This document shows positions 1 through 8,777 of a stretch of 64,000 nt of DNA, piece after piece. The notes beneath the pieces are model-generated. The model did no database searches. It worked only from the letters and a program-made list of their open reading frames with translations, and was not told the DNA's origin. The translations under genes and the position numbers were made by a program. The stretch lies in the IMG/VR virus record IMGVR_UViG_3300045988_158973, positions 36,524 to 100,523 of that record. One strand, written 5' to 3'. Numbering within the stretch: the stretch's first letter is position 1; every line of letters starts with the position of its first letter. The DNA is from a virus.

Positions 1-828
1 GACGCGGACGCTGACGTGTGTACACCCTTGACACGGCCGGAAACGGCGGTCATTGTTGTACAGCATAACGCGAGCGGCGTGAAAACGCGGATGGTTCCAA
101 AGGTCCTCGATAGGCATATCGTGGATATTGGCGATAGGGTATTCGCCGCGGAAGTCGTCACAGCACAGACACACCTGGCCATTCCAACGCACATCCAGTT
201 CACGGAACGGGAAGGTACAGCGCTTGTTGTTGAACGAATCGTCGAGCGGGAACGCTGCACCGCAGTGATTGGCCAGGCGACGCGTCATCTTGTTGGTATC
301 GTCTTCGGCGATAGGCGGCAGCAGGCAGATACGACGCCCCTGCTTGGGATAGTAGTACGGAACGCCCGGTTCCAGCGTGACGACGTTGTACTTTTCAACG
401 TCGATCTTCTTGACGAAGTTCCAGTCGCCGTTGGCTGTGTAGCAGTCAACCAGTATGTCGTTCATGCCGGCCTCGAACAGGCGGTCGAGGTACTCGGACG
501 TGTCAGCGGCGTGGTTCATGGCGTAGCCGTTGCTGTACATATGAAATACGGCCTTCGGTAAGTGCTTGCGGAACGTAGCCACGATGTCGATGAACGCGGG
601 GTTAAGCGTCGGCTCGCCGTGCATAGCGAACACGAACTTACAGTTCCACCCCACGCGTGCCACCTCCGAAGCAATACGCTCGGCGGTTTCAACGGTCATG
701 AAATTCCACGGTTTAGTCCCTTTTTCGCGCATACCGTGAAGACCACAGAACGAACACCCCAGATTGCACCCCTCGGTCGGCTCGATCTGCATGGTAAACG
801 GGGGGTCTTGTACGATTTTGTTTTTCAT
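1..828 (-). CDS. radical SAM enzyme with C-terminal SPASM/twitch-like Cys-rich domain (partial; 3' end runs off the window)
   Basis: Own minus-strand translation from ATG at 828. It is absent from the ORF track because there is no stop in the window. MKNKIVQDPPFTMQIEPTEGCNLGCSFCG carries CxxxCxxC. Later motifs are HGEPTLNP and the Cys-rich CTFPF..VCLCCDD..CQGC. All 276 codons are open. TAATG overlap with the upstream stop. Confidence 0.75.
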   Translation of the reverse strand, partial: MKNKIVQDPPFTMQIEPTEGCNLGCSFCGLHGMREKGTKPWNFMTVETAERIASEVARVGWNCKFVFAMHGEPTLNPAFIDIVATFRKHLPKAVFHMYSNGYAMNHAADTSEYLDRLFEAGMNDILVDCYTANGDWNFVKKIDVEKYNVVTLEPGVPYYYPKQGRRICLLPPIAEDDTNKMTRRLANHCGAAFPLDDSFNNKRCTFPFRELDVRWNGQVCLCCDDFRGEYPIANIHDMPIEDLWNHPRFHAARVMLYNNDRRFRPCQGCTHVSVRV

Positions 829-1760
829 TATTTGGTAACTTTAATGTTAAGTTTCACGTTCTTTAACTTTGGGTTCTTGAATTGACGCTTAACTGGCTTG
901 GTGAAGGCGCGTGTTGCGGGGTCCCATTCGAAGCCGTCAGGAACGAAGTTGATCGTACACCGACAGTAGGGGTGCGTTGGGTCAATCGTCGGGAGCCATT
1001 CAGCTACTTTGCGTCCAATATTGTTACCGTTGGCAATAAGGTCTGCCAAGCGGAACAGTTTCGGCTTTGAGTTGAGGTCTTCAGGGTCTTCCAAGTACAA
1101 TTCACGACATTTGGCACACGCGCCGGGGTAAACGTCGAAATACACCTTGGCGTCAGGGCCGTGTTGCTTGAAAATACTTTCAGCGCGGCCTACATTGTAG
1201 GCTTCATGGAGAAGGTAATACGCAATACGCAGCCAATCACGCCCCCAGTCTTGGGTAAGGTTCCCCAGTTCGCTGGCTATATACCGCGCTCCCTTACGGA
1301 GTTGAACGGCTTGAATGGCCTTGTCTTTGATTTGCTGGCGTATTGCCGATTGCTGACGAAAGTTCGACTTGAGTACAGCGTTGCGCGTTCCGGTGACGAT
1401 CCGGTTGCCGAGCGACGTGATGTCGGTATAGGCGCGGTTCTTGAGGTAGTTCAGCGCGTTTTCTTCCTGTTCAGTGAGTGGAACGAAGTTTCCCGATTTC
1501 AAGAACTGGAGAAACTGCTTGTAGTTCATCTTCTTGGCGCGTGTGTCACCGATTGCTTCAGCTAAGATTCCAAACAAAAAGGCGTGTTCGATGATACCCT
1601 TTGAGTTCTTGTACTTATCGACGTTGACGCCCGACGCTACCAAGATATCAATTTCAGACTGCGTAAGGTAGTCCAATCCGACGTGTTTGGCAATAAAGAG
1701 ATACTGCCAACGTCGGAGAATACCGACCATGTCGTCTATTTGGCGGTTGTTGAAAATCAT
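828..1760 (-). CDS. head morphogenesis / minor capsid protein (SPP1 gp7 / Mu F-like)
   Basis: The C-terminal region ..LPTIDPTHPYCRCTINFVP.. matches the H-P-x-C-R-C signature of the gp7/Mu-F head morphogenesis family. The size of 310 aa is typical. Confidence 0.6.
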   Translation of the reverse strand: MIFNNRQIDDMVGILRRWQYLFIAKHVGLDYLTQSEIDILVASGVNVDKYKNSKGIIEHAFLFGILAEAIGDTRAKKMNYKQFLQFLKSGNFVPLTEQEENALNYLKNRAYTDITSLGNRIVTGTRNAVLKSNFRQQSAIRQQIKDKAIQAVQLRKGARYIASELGNLTQDWGRDWLRIAYYLLHEAYNVGRAESIFKQHGPDAKVYFDVYPGACAKCRELYLEDPEDLNSKPKLFRLADLIANGNNIGRKVAEWLPTIDPTHPYCRCTINFVPDGFEWDPATRAFTKPVKRQFKNPKLKNVKLNIKVTK

Positions 1761-1772
1761 TGTCGTTAATTT

Positions 1773-2429
1773 TTAATCATCATCCCCATCGTGCTCAGTA
1801 CCCCACGTTCCGTTATTCCTCAACGTGCGGGGAGATGGTAAATCAGCGACACTCACCTTCGCGCCGTAACTGCCACTTTGGGAGTTTTCTTTACTACGCA
1901 CGCGATTCGCTCTTTTAGCTTCTTCCGCGGGTGAAGGGGTCGACACCTTCCTCAGTAGGCGAATATCTCCAACCTTGACTGGATCGACGAACTTCCCACC
2001 TCCTACCTTAGACCTTGAACCGTCAATCTTGACCTCAAACTCATCGCCTTTCAAGTGCTTTATAATAGCACCAACAGAATAGGAATGGCAACCATACCTA
2101 TTCTTCACATGAACGATTATCTTATCGCCATGCCCCAAGTCTGAAACGCTAACCCGGTGTCCCGAATTGAAGTCATCAACCGTATATCCCCACGTTGGTT
2201 TCGACGGCAAAACTATCCGTTCGAAATTGGGTTTTTCATAGGGCATTCCAACACGCCCCTTCTTTCGATTTTCAGGCGTGTTGGCGTAACGACCGCTCTT
2301 AGAACGCGCCTTCTCAAGCGCATCATCGGTCAAAGTGTTTCCTTGAAAACAGCCAATGGCCTTTCGTAAGTGATCGTTGCGGTATTTACTGGCCTCGTGA
2401 AAGGTCCTTGTGATTTCGTCTACTTCCAT
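1773..2429 (-). CDS. hypothetical protein (218 aa, basic/Ser-rich C-terminus)
   Basis: Minus-strand ORF in a tight head-to-tail series. No recognisable motif. Confidence 0.55.
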   Translation of the reverse strand: MEVDEITRTFHEASKYRNDHLRKAIGCFQGNTLTDDALEKARSKSGRYANTPENRKKGRVGMPYEKPNFERIVLPSKPTWGYTVDDFNSGHRVSVSDLGHGDKIIVHVKNRYGCHSYSVGAIIKHLKGDEFEVKIDGSRSKVGGGKFVDPVKVGDIRLLRKVSTPSPAEEAKRANRVRSKENSQSGSYGAKVSVADLPSPRTLRNNGTWGTEHDGDDD

Positions 2430-2638
2430 AATCGTACCTTTGATTCATGGCCGCGCTTAAAGATAACCACGCAGTCGTTGAGGTTGATTTCAGCAGCGGT
2501 GTCGGTGAGTTTAACGACTTTTCCTACTCTGTAACTGAATCCGGCTTCAGTGCGTACCTTGACGATAACGGTACTGCCCTTGAGGAGTTCGGCGAAGTCT
2601 TTAATTTTGACAGCGTCTTCATCAAACATTTTCTTCAA
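2420..2638 (-). CDS. hypothetical small protein (72 aa)
   Basis: Minus-strand ORF overlapping its neighbour by 10 nt. No motif. Confidence 0.45.
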   Translation of the reverse strand: MKKMFDEDAVKIKDFAELLKGSTVIVKVRTEAGFSYRVGKVVKLTDTAAEINLNDCVVIFKRGHESKVRLWK

Positions 2639-2656
2639 AAACCAATCGGCGTCAGG

Positions 2657-2929
2657 CTAAAGGCGGATTTCTTCGTCGGGTTGTAACGACACCGTGATCG
2701 ATACACCAGAGGGGTACACCTGCACTTCACACTTACCGTCGGCAATACGCGATAATGTACCGACGTTGTACTTCGGCCGACCTCTTTCGTCCCTAACGCG
2801 GGTAACAACCCGCACCGGATATGGCGGTTCTTTCTCCAATGCGCTGTTACCAGCGATTATCGTACCGACGTTCCAAATCTTTTCAATCTTCGTTGACGGT
2901 ATGGCCCAAATTGCCTTTCTTTGTTTCAT
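2657..2929 (-). CDS. hypothetical small protein (90 aa)
   Basis: Minus-strand ORF. It overlaps the upstream ORF by 47 nt, so the start is uncertain. Confidence 0.45.
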   Translation of the reverse strand: MKQRKAIWAIPSTKIEKIWNVGTIIAGNSALEKEPPYPVRVVTRVRDERGRPKYNVGTLSRIADGKCEVQVYPSGVSITVSLQPDEEIRL

Positions 2930-3101
2930 CCTCGTTTAGTTCTTTAACCGCCGCAGCCGTAGCGTCGGCGATGTATTTCAAGACATCACCGAGCGCCGCG
3001 GCGTTATTGGCGTTCCATTCCTTAATGAATCGGTTCTCGTATTGAGTAACGGTGGGGAATGGCGACGGAAGGAAGTGTGTATGTTTGGCGTTGTAGGGCA
3101 T
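2883..3101 (-). CDS. hypothetical small protein (72 aa)
   Basis: Minus-strand ORF whose start abuts the stop of the 687-aa gene. Confidence 0.45.
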   Translation of the reverse strand: MPYNAKHTHFLPSPFPTVTQYENRFIKEWNANNAAALGDVLKYIADATAAAVKELNEDETKKGNLGHTVNED

Positions 3102-5164
3102 TACTCTTCGGTGTTACCGCCGTAGATTTCGAGGAACTTGTCGACGAATTCCTTGTTGGTGCGTTTCATTACCTCGATTTGCGCGTCAACCTTCTTGCGG
3201 TATTCTTCCGGATCATACTCCCCGCGAAGCGAATCGCGTGCAGCCTGACGCTCGTCAGCGATTTTCTTCAACTCAGGATGGTTGAGGAGTTCTTGGCCAA
3301 CGCCCTTGTCGCGCGACTGCGGATCGGTAAGCGAATTGAGGCTCAAAGCAGCACGCTGGGCCTCCTTGTCGCCGGATGCGATCCTTGCTTTCAGAGCGCG
3401 GGCAATGCCTTCAGGATTCTTGGCGATCATCTTGGCGTACTCAGCCGGATCAGCCCCTCTGCCGGTTTTCTTGATGAATTTATCGGCTGCAGCGTTATCC
3501 TTCTCAGGCGAAGACTTTGTAGCTTTGTCGGCCTTGGTGCCCTTTTCAGCACTCTTCACTTCAGCCTTGGCGGCAGCATCAGCCTTCTTACCTTGCTTGG
3601 TAGCGCTTTCCTCCTCACCGCCGATCAGCGCGTCGAGTTCCTTCTGGCCGTCCTTCGATACCTTCACGCCAGCCATCTCGAACATATTGGCGATGGTGTC
3701 GGCAATTTCGTCGTCCGTAGCGTCGGACTGAGCACCACCAGTGTCAACCGGATTTGCTTTCATGGCTGCAGCCAGCTCCTTGATGGCCTTGGCGTCGCCT
3801 TTCTGCTTTACGAAGGACTTGAAGCCTTCAGTGTCGAAGTCGGTGTCGTTTTCAGCCATGTCGTCGAAACTTTGAACGAGGCCCTCGGCGCTGCTGACCT
3901 TACCGTCGTCGTTGGCGTCAGCGCGCATCTTGTCGAGCGTGGCTTGGCCTTTCTTCGAAAGTTCGATACCGGCTTCTTCGAAGATGTTGGCGATCTCGTC
4001 AGCGATTTCATCGTCGTTCAAATCGCTCTGAGCCGATTCAGCCTCGTCGGATGCCTTGATGGCGGCGACGAGTTCCTTGATGGCCTTGGCCTCGCCCTTG
4101 TTGTCGATGAGGCTTTCGAGCGCTGCGCCGAAGTCATCGTCTTCACCCGACTCCGAAGTGTAGGCGTCCCACTTGGCCAGAACGCTTTCACCCGACCCGC
4201 GAAGGTTGTCGAGTTCCTTCTTGGCCTCACGCGGTACGCGCGTTCCGGCCTCTTCGAACATATTCTCGATCATGTCGGCGATCTCGTCGTCAGCCAGATC
4301 ACTTTGCCCGGCCTCGCTGGGCATCTTACGGATGGCGTCGGCGATTTCCTTCACGGCCTTACCGCCTTTTTCCTTCACGAACGATTTGAACGACTTGGCG
4401 TCGAAGTCTGCATCGCCCTCAGCCATAGCGTTGAAACTGTCAACGAGCGATGCGGCGTCAGCCTTTCCGCCCTTACCCTTGGCGTCGGGATCGCCAAACT
4501 TAGACGCGGCTCCCTCAACGTCGCCGATCTCCTTCACCGTCACCGACTCGAAATTGTCCACGTCGGCGTAGGGGTATTTGTCCACGCGGTAGCCCTCGCT
4601 GGTCTTGGTGACTACAAGGTCGAAGCCGTCTTCGTCACCGCCGATCTGCTTGATGAAGGCGTGCGAAGCGTCCTCAACTCCGGCGTACTGCTGGAGGTCC
4701 TGATCGTCCATCTGACGGAAGCCCATGCCCTCGAACGTCGATGCCGATTTGGCGTCACCGTCAGCCAGCCCGTTACGCAGCGACGTGTCGCCGTTCTTGT
4801 TCTTGGCGCGAACGCTTACACCGCGGCGTTCCAATTCAGCGGTAGCCACCTTGCGCATTTCGGGGTCAGCCTGCGGATCGTTGGCAACCTTCGTCAGCGC
4901 CTCCTCCGAAGCCTGACGAGCGTGGTTCTGGAGGCTGACATTTCCCTCAGGCATACCACCCTCCTGGCCTTCGCCTTCAGGGTCTTCCTTGGCGGCTTGG
5001 CCGTACTCCTGTCCCACGCGCTGCAGACGACGGTTTTGAGCGTTGTCGGTGTAGACACCGTGACGCGCTTTTTCGATCGGCTCTTCCGCGGCCTCCTCGG
5101 GGTTGGTGAACCCTTTAAGAATTTGCTGGCGACGCGCTTCGCCGTAGTTGATAACTTCTTTCAT
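3101..5164 (-). CDS. acidic repeat-containing protein (687 aa); possible scaffold or internal virion protein
   Basis: D/E/K/A-rich protein with three ~93-aa tandem repeats. It is the first gene after promoter cassette P1. The function is inferred only from composition and position in the morphogenesis region. Confidence 0.6.
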   Translation of the reverse strand: MKEVINYGEARRQQILKGFTNPEEAAEEPIEKARHGVYTDNAQNRRLQRVGQEYGQAAKEDPEGEGQEGGMPEGNVSLQNHARQASEEALTKVANDPQADPEMRKVATAELERRGVSVRAKNKNGDTSLRNGLADGDAKSASTFEGMGFRQMDDQDLQQYAGVEDASHAFIKQIGGDEDGFDLVVTKTSEGYRVDKYPYADVDNFESVTVKEIGDVEGAASKFGDPDAKGKGGKADAASLVDSFNAMAEGDADFDAKSFKSFVKEKGGKAVKEIADAIRKMPSEAGQSDLADDEIADMIENMFEEAGTRVPREAKKELDNLRGSGESVLAKWDAYTSESGEDDDFGAALESLIDNKGEAKAIKELVAAIKASDEAESAQSDLNDDEIADEIANIFEEAGIELSKKGQATLDKMRADANDDGKVSSAEGLVQSFDDMAENDTDFDTEGFKSFVKQKGDAKAIKELAAAMKANPVDTGGAQSDATDDEIADTIANMFEMAGVKVSKDGQKELDALIGGEEESATKQGKKADAAAKAEVKSAEKGTKADKATKSSPEKDNAAADKFIKKTGRGADPAEYAKMIAKNPEGIARALKARIASGDKEAQRAALSLNSLTDPQSRDKGVGQELLNHPELKKIADERQAARDSLRGEYDPEEYRKKVDAQIEVMKRTNKEFVDKFLEIYGGNTEE
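3626..4453 (-). repeat. three in-frame tandem repeats (~280 nt / ~93 aa each) inside the 687-aa gene
   Basis: Repeat cores: KSFVKEKGGKAVKEIADAIRK..QSDLADDEIADMIENMFEEAG, then NKGEAKAIKELVAAIKA..QSDLNDDEIADEIANIFEEAG, then KSFVKQKGDAKAIKELAAAMKA..QSDATDDEIADTIANMFEMAG (aa ~238-513). Confidence 0.85.
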
Positions 5165-5184
5165 GGTGTTATAGGTTTATAAGT

Positions 5185-5236
5185 TTCATTTCCACTACAA
5201 AAGTACTGAATTTTCTCCAAACTACCAAGAGAACCG
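5185..5236 (-). promoter_or_regulatory. promoter cassette P1 (Bacteroidota-type -33/-7)
   Basis: The minus strand reads GGTTCTCTTGG-N20-TACTTTTG(5205..5198)-TAGTGGAAATGAAACT..ATG(5164). TAnnTTTG is a perfect -7 box, with CTTG 20 nt upstream. Confidence 0.6.
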
Positions 5237-5794
5237 TCAAAATTTTATGCCAAAATCCAACGTATATCCCCACTGGTCTTCAACCCTTATAGCTGAAGCG
5301 CCAACCATGAAGCGTTGACGAAAGTCGGCTCCGGCGGAGAACTTTTGCGTACCAAAGTCCACGGACGTTCCTATCTGGGCGTAGCCTTGGATGAAGGGTA
5401 TTCGCTTGTCGATGATGGTGTGTTCTATCTCGTGGATGCGGATCAGCGGCTTGACGTGCGACACGGCCTCCGTAATGGCGTTACGCTGGACAGTGGCGTT
5501 GACGCGGAATTCACCGATACTGTCGTTAGAGAAGTCGAGGTGATACTCCTTGCGCGCCAGATAGTCGGCCAGTAGCGCGGCGGTGTCGATTTCACCCGGT
5601 AGGTAGATGGTGGTGTCGCGGATGATGATTTTCGGGACCGGAACCTTTACCGTATCGCGGTATTCGACCGTGTCGTGCTTTGTACGCCACCTTTCAACGA
5701 CTTTAGGGGGTTCAGGGGTATAAGTACTTCGCCCGAATAAGAACGCGAGAATTAGGGCCACCAAAACGAGGATTATTTGCACTACTGTTTTCAT
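5237..5794 (-). CDS. membrane-anchored protein (185 aa)
   Basis: N-terminal TM helix MKTVVQIILVLVALILAFLF and a beta-rich C-terminal part ending ..YTLDFGIKF. 4-nt overlap with the upstream gene. Confidence 0.6.
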   Translation of the reverse strand: MKTVVQIILVLVALILAFLFGRSTYTPEPPKVVERWRTKHDTVEYRDTVKVPVPKIIIRDTTIYLPGEIDTAALLADYLARKEYHLDFSNDSIGEFRVNATVQRNAITEAVSHVKPLIRIHEIEHTIIDKRIPFIQGYAQIGTSVDFGTQKFSAGADFRQRFMVGASAIRVEDQWGYTLDFGIKF

Positions 5795-6291
5795 GGCCGT
5801 TTTCCGCTTTTGATCATCTCCTCGTAGGCCGTTATGGAGGCTTCGAGTTCGTTGATGCGTCGCTTGTAGTCTTCCGCCGCCTTGTTGGCTTCACGCTCCT
5901 GAGTACGGAACTCTTCCATCAGGCGGTTGTACTTATCACGGTCGGCCTGACGCTGGGCCTCATACTCGTCGCGTATTTTGATGAGTTCGTTACGAAAGTT
6001 CGTCATCATTTCGTTGGATAACTTACGTTCGTTCTGAACCTCTTGGTAGAGGTTGTTGTAGCGTTCCTTCCACCACGACTCCTTTTTGTCCAACTCGGCC
6101 ATCAGCGTATCATAACGGCCTTTCCAGAACTCTTCGCCTTTGAGGTCAGCGTCGGCTTGGCTACAACGTACTTCCTGATCGTATTTCTTACGATCCAGCA
6201 TACGCGCCACAATGGCGTAGCCAATACTGCCCACCCCGAACAGAAGCGAAATTACAGGGAAGATGGTGGTCGTGAAAAGTCCGTCAGCCAT
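5791..6291 (-). CDS. membrane-anchored coiled-coil protein (166 aa); spanin- or holin-accessory-like
   Basis: TM segment IFPVISLLFGVGSIGYAIVA followed by a long E/K/R/Q heptad-like region. Confidence 0.55.
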   Translation of the reverse strand: MADGLFTTTIFPVISLLFGVGSIGYAIVARMLDRKKYDQEVRCSQADADLKGEEFWKGRYDTLMAELDKKESWWKERYNNLYQEVQNERKLSNEMMTNFRNELIKIRDEYEAQRQADRDKYNRLMEEFRTQEREANKAAEDYKRRINELEASITAYEEMIKSGKRP

Positions 6292-6853
6292 TGTGTTTCA
6301 TTCTTTCGTTAATACGTATGCGAGCGGCCTTGGCGGCACGAGCATATGCGTTATAATCGTAATTAGAGCGAAGACACCTCACAATTTCGTCAGCGAATAC
6401 CCGTATAATCCCGTCGCGTGCGCTGAGGTAGGCGTCCATGTCCCCCTCGTTGGTAAGCGTAGCGGGATAGATTATGAGTTTCACCTCCGCGCTAACGCGA
6501 TTGAAGAAACGATACCACTGACGGTCATACGAATCAACGAACAGAAACGACCGCCAACGAATTTGAGGCGTCAAAATATCGTAGTGGTTCGAAAGGTTGT
6601 AGGCAAAGTCCCGCGTTAAAGCCGGGCAAACCCGGTTCAACGTCAAACTGCACCCGTCCTTCTGGTCGGCGAAGAAGTCCACCGCCATGGCTATACCGTA
6701 GGTGCGATGTGGCCGGAAATAATTCCAAACATCGTAAGCGTTGCCGACGACCACTTCGATACGCCGCCGACGCAACTCAGCAGCCAGCGCTTGGATGAAG
6801 CGTCGAGCCTCGGCGTTGAAACGCTTGGATGTTAAATAGACCACCTTGCACAT
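6284..6853 (-). CDS. hypothetical protein with weak MurNAc-LAA (Amidase_3)-like pattern; catalytic residues not evident
   Basis: Segments AVDFFADQ and KLIIYPATLTNEGDMDAYL..IIRVFADEIV resemble the SIHxN and ..E.GF.sN..d...l blocks of Amidase_3. The Zn-ligand His/Glu/His residues are not found. Confidence 0.25.
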   Translation of the reverse strand: MCKVVYLTSKRFNAEARRFIQALAAELRRRRIEVVVGNAYDVWNYFRPHRTYGIAMAVDFFADQKDGCSLTLNRVCPALTRDFAYNLSNHYDILTPQIRWRSFLFVDSYDRQWYRFFNRVSAEVKLIIYPATLTNEGDMDAYLSARDGIIRVFADEIVRCLRSNYDYNAYARAAKAARIRINERMKHNG

Positions 6854-6856
6854 AAC

Positions 6857-8506
6857 TTACGATTGTCGATTGAGAATGTATTTCGTCATCAGCCAATATC
6901 CACGTTCACCTCCATAAAGCGGCATAAAGCGGCAGTTAATGAGGGTCTGATAGCTGGACGCCGACGGCGAACCAATGGTGTTCTGATATACGATAACGGG
7001 CAGCCAAGTGACATAAAGATCTCTGCGAATAATCAACTTGGCAGTATTATTAGGCATACGAACCCAAAAATCCCACATACAATCAGTACGGATATTTTCG
7101 TAGTTTTCAGAAATAGACGGCTCCACGTTTGGTAACGTAACCGTGGCCGCATCATAAAACATACCCGGCTCAATGAACCAATTGGTCGGGTCAGTACCTT
7201 CCCAAACGTTAACGGGATATTGCTTTTCGACTCCGTTGTTTATGAGCGACATAACGTCAACACCTAATTTAGGCTGCGTAACGCTTTGCGGACGAATACT
7301 CTGCGTACGAACCAAGCTATCAGCCACGTAGGGGACGTCATCTACTCCGCCGCCAAACAGCGAGGCCAAGTTGTTGACGATCTTAGCAACAGCCTGATAC
7401 AGATTATCCGTTGGTTTGATCTGGTACGAAGGATTAGGACTGGCCGGGAAGTCGCCTGCGTTACCACCAACAGTAACAGCAGTAGCCTGTCCGTTGAAGT
7501 CTTGGAGGAATTTCTGAAGAATACCGATGGCCTGTTCCACGGTATCACCTGCCTGAGGATAACGCGACTTGTTCGCTGCTGGAGCATACGCAGGCGAAAG
7601 ACTCATGCCGGTACTCAATTTCAGACGGTTGTACCAGCCTTGTATCTTGTTGAGGGCCGTCTTCAAATCATCCTGCGTGGTCAGGTCCTGAGGCGCGGCC
7701 ACCGTAGCTGTTACGGGATTGACCTCGATCAACTTGGCGCCAAAGATCATTGCCGACGAACCGTTCTGCCAGTCGTTGATGATTTTGCTGACGTCAGCAA
7801 AAGCCTTTTCGATGGCCACATAGTCGGCCTTGTATTGCTTGTAGCCGGGGACTTGGGTATCGCCCGTCTGCTCAGAGACGATAACGCCGTTCATCGCTGC
7901 GCTGAAGTCGAAGTACAAGCCGTTGACGAACCCTAACGAGTTCTTACTCGAATTAGACAGCAACGACTTCACCGTTCGCTTCACCAACGTAGGAATGTTG
8001 TTGATGACCCGCATGCCGTACAACACGTCTGCGAGAGCCGGGTTGTCGGTCAGCTGTTGGAACGTGTAGTTGAGTTTCGAGGTCTTTTTGTCAAACGTAG
8101 CGACGATGTTGTCGAAGAAGTAGTTGGTCGATGCCACATACTGAGTCGTCGTACCTTGGCCAGCCAAGTCTTCAACGATGATGTTGTTGAGTTTATCGAC
8201 GTACTGGATGCGCGTTTGCCCCACCACCCAGACCATGGTGTTCCACTGGGCGTCAGCGTCGCGTTTCAGGACATTGTAGAACGCAGCGATAGGTAAGCCG
8301 CCCGGAAGGTTCGCTTTATTGATAAGGTCGTTGAAATCGCCTATTTCGGACACAATCGCCTGCGACATCGGAATCCACTGCCCGAGTGAGGCGTCGTAGT
8401 TCTTGTGGAGTTTGTCGGTGGTGTCGTACCAGATAATCGCCGGATTCGACGGTGGTGTCGTTCCGATGGATATACCTGCTACAGTTCCGACGTCAATAGT
8501 TGCCAT
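6857..8506 (-). CDS. structural protein, possibly tail fibre or receptor-binding (549 aa)
   Basis: The N-terminus TTPPSNPAIIWYDTTDKLHKNYDASLGQWIP resembles phage fibre N-termini. T/S/N/Q-rich. Located downstream of the portal. Confidence 0.3.
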   Translation of the reverse strand: MATIDVGTVAGISIGTTPPSNPAIIWYDTTDKLHKNYDASLGQWIPMSQAIVSEIGDFNDLINKANLPGGLPIAAFYNVLKRDADAQWNTMVWVVGQTRIQYVDKLNNIIVEDLAGQGTTTQYVASTNYFFDNIVATFDKKTSKLNYTFQQLTDNPALADVLYGMRVINNIPTLVKRTVKSLLSNSSKNSLGFVNGLYFDFSAAMNGVIVSEQTGDTQVPGYKQYKADYVAIEKAFADVSKIINDWQNGSSAMIFGAKLIEVNPVTATVAAPQDLTTQDDLKTALNKIQGWYNRLKLSTGMSLSPAYAPAANKSRYPQAGDTVEQAIGILQKFLQDFNGQATAVTVGGNAGDFPASPNPSYQIKPTDNLYQAVAKIVNNLASLFGGGVDDVPYVADSLVRTQSIRPQSVTQPKLGVDVMSLINNGVEKQYPVNVWEGTDPTNWFIEPGMFYDAATVTLPNVEPSISENYENIRTDCMWDFWVRMPNNTAKLIIRRDLYVTWLPVIVYQNTIGSPSASSYQTLINCRFMPLYGGERGYWLMTKYILNRQS

Positions 8507-8519
8507 TGTGCGTTGCGGT

Positions 8520-8777
8520 TTAGCGTGAATATACGTAGGTAGCGCGGTCGGCCCACACGAAATTGTAACTCATGTCGCCAATGGGGTATTCGGTGATGGT
8601 GATTCCGTCGGCGGTAGTCTCACGCTCGATGCGCCACCCGGCTTCGCCTTGGCCCGTACCGATGGGGGCATAGCCGCGGTAGATCACGCTGCCGCCGGAA
8701 GCGTCGATGATAGGCTTGGGCATAGCGTCAGCCAACAGCTGTACGATGGGCGCGGTGTTCTTCTCGTTACTCGTCAT
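8520..8777 (-). CDS. hypothetical small protein (85 aa)
   Basis: Minus-strand ORF overlapping the portal stop by 11 nt. Confidence 0.5.
   Translation of the reverse strand: MTSNEKNTAPIVQLLADAMPKPIIDASGGSVIYRGYAPIGTGQGEAGWRIERETTADGITITEYPIGDMSYNFVWADRATYVYSR

Noticed and set aside
3059-5182. 707-aa plus-strand ORF, the longest ORF in the track
   Set aside because: It is exactly antisense to the acidic 687-aa minus-strand gene. Its L/V/G/F/A-rich, motif-free translation is the expected mirror of GAA/GAC/AAG/GCC codons. No promoter or start context is present, and every other gene is on the minus strand.
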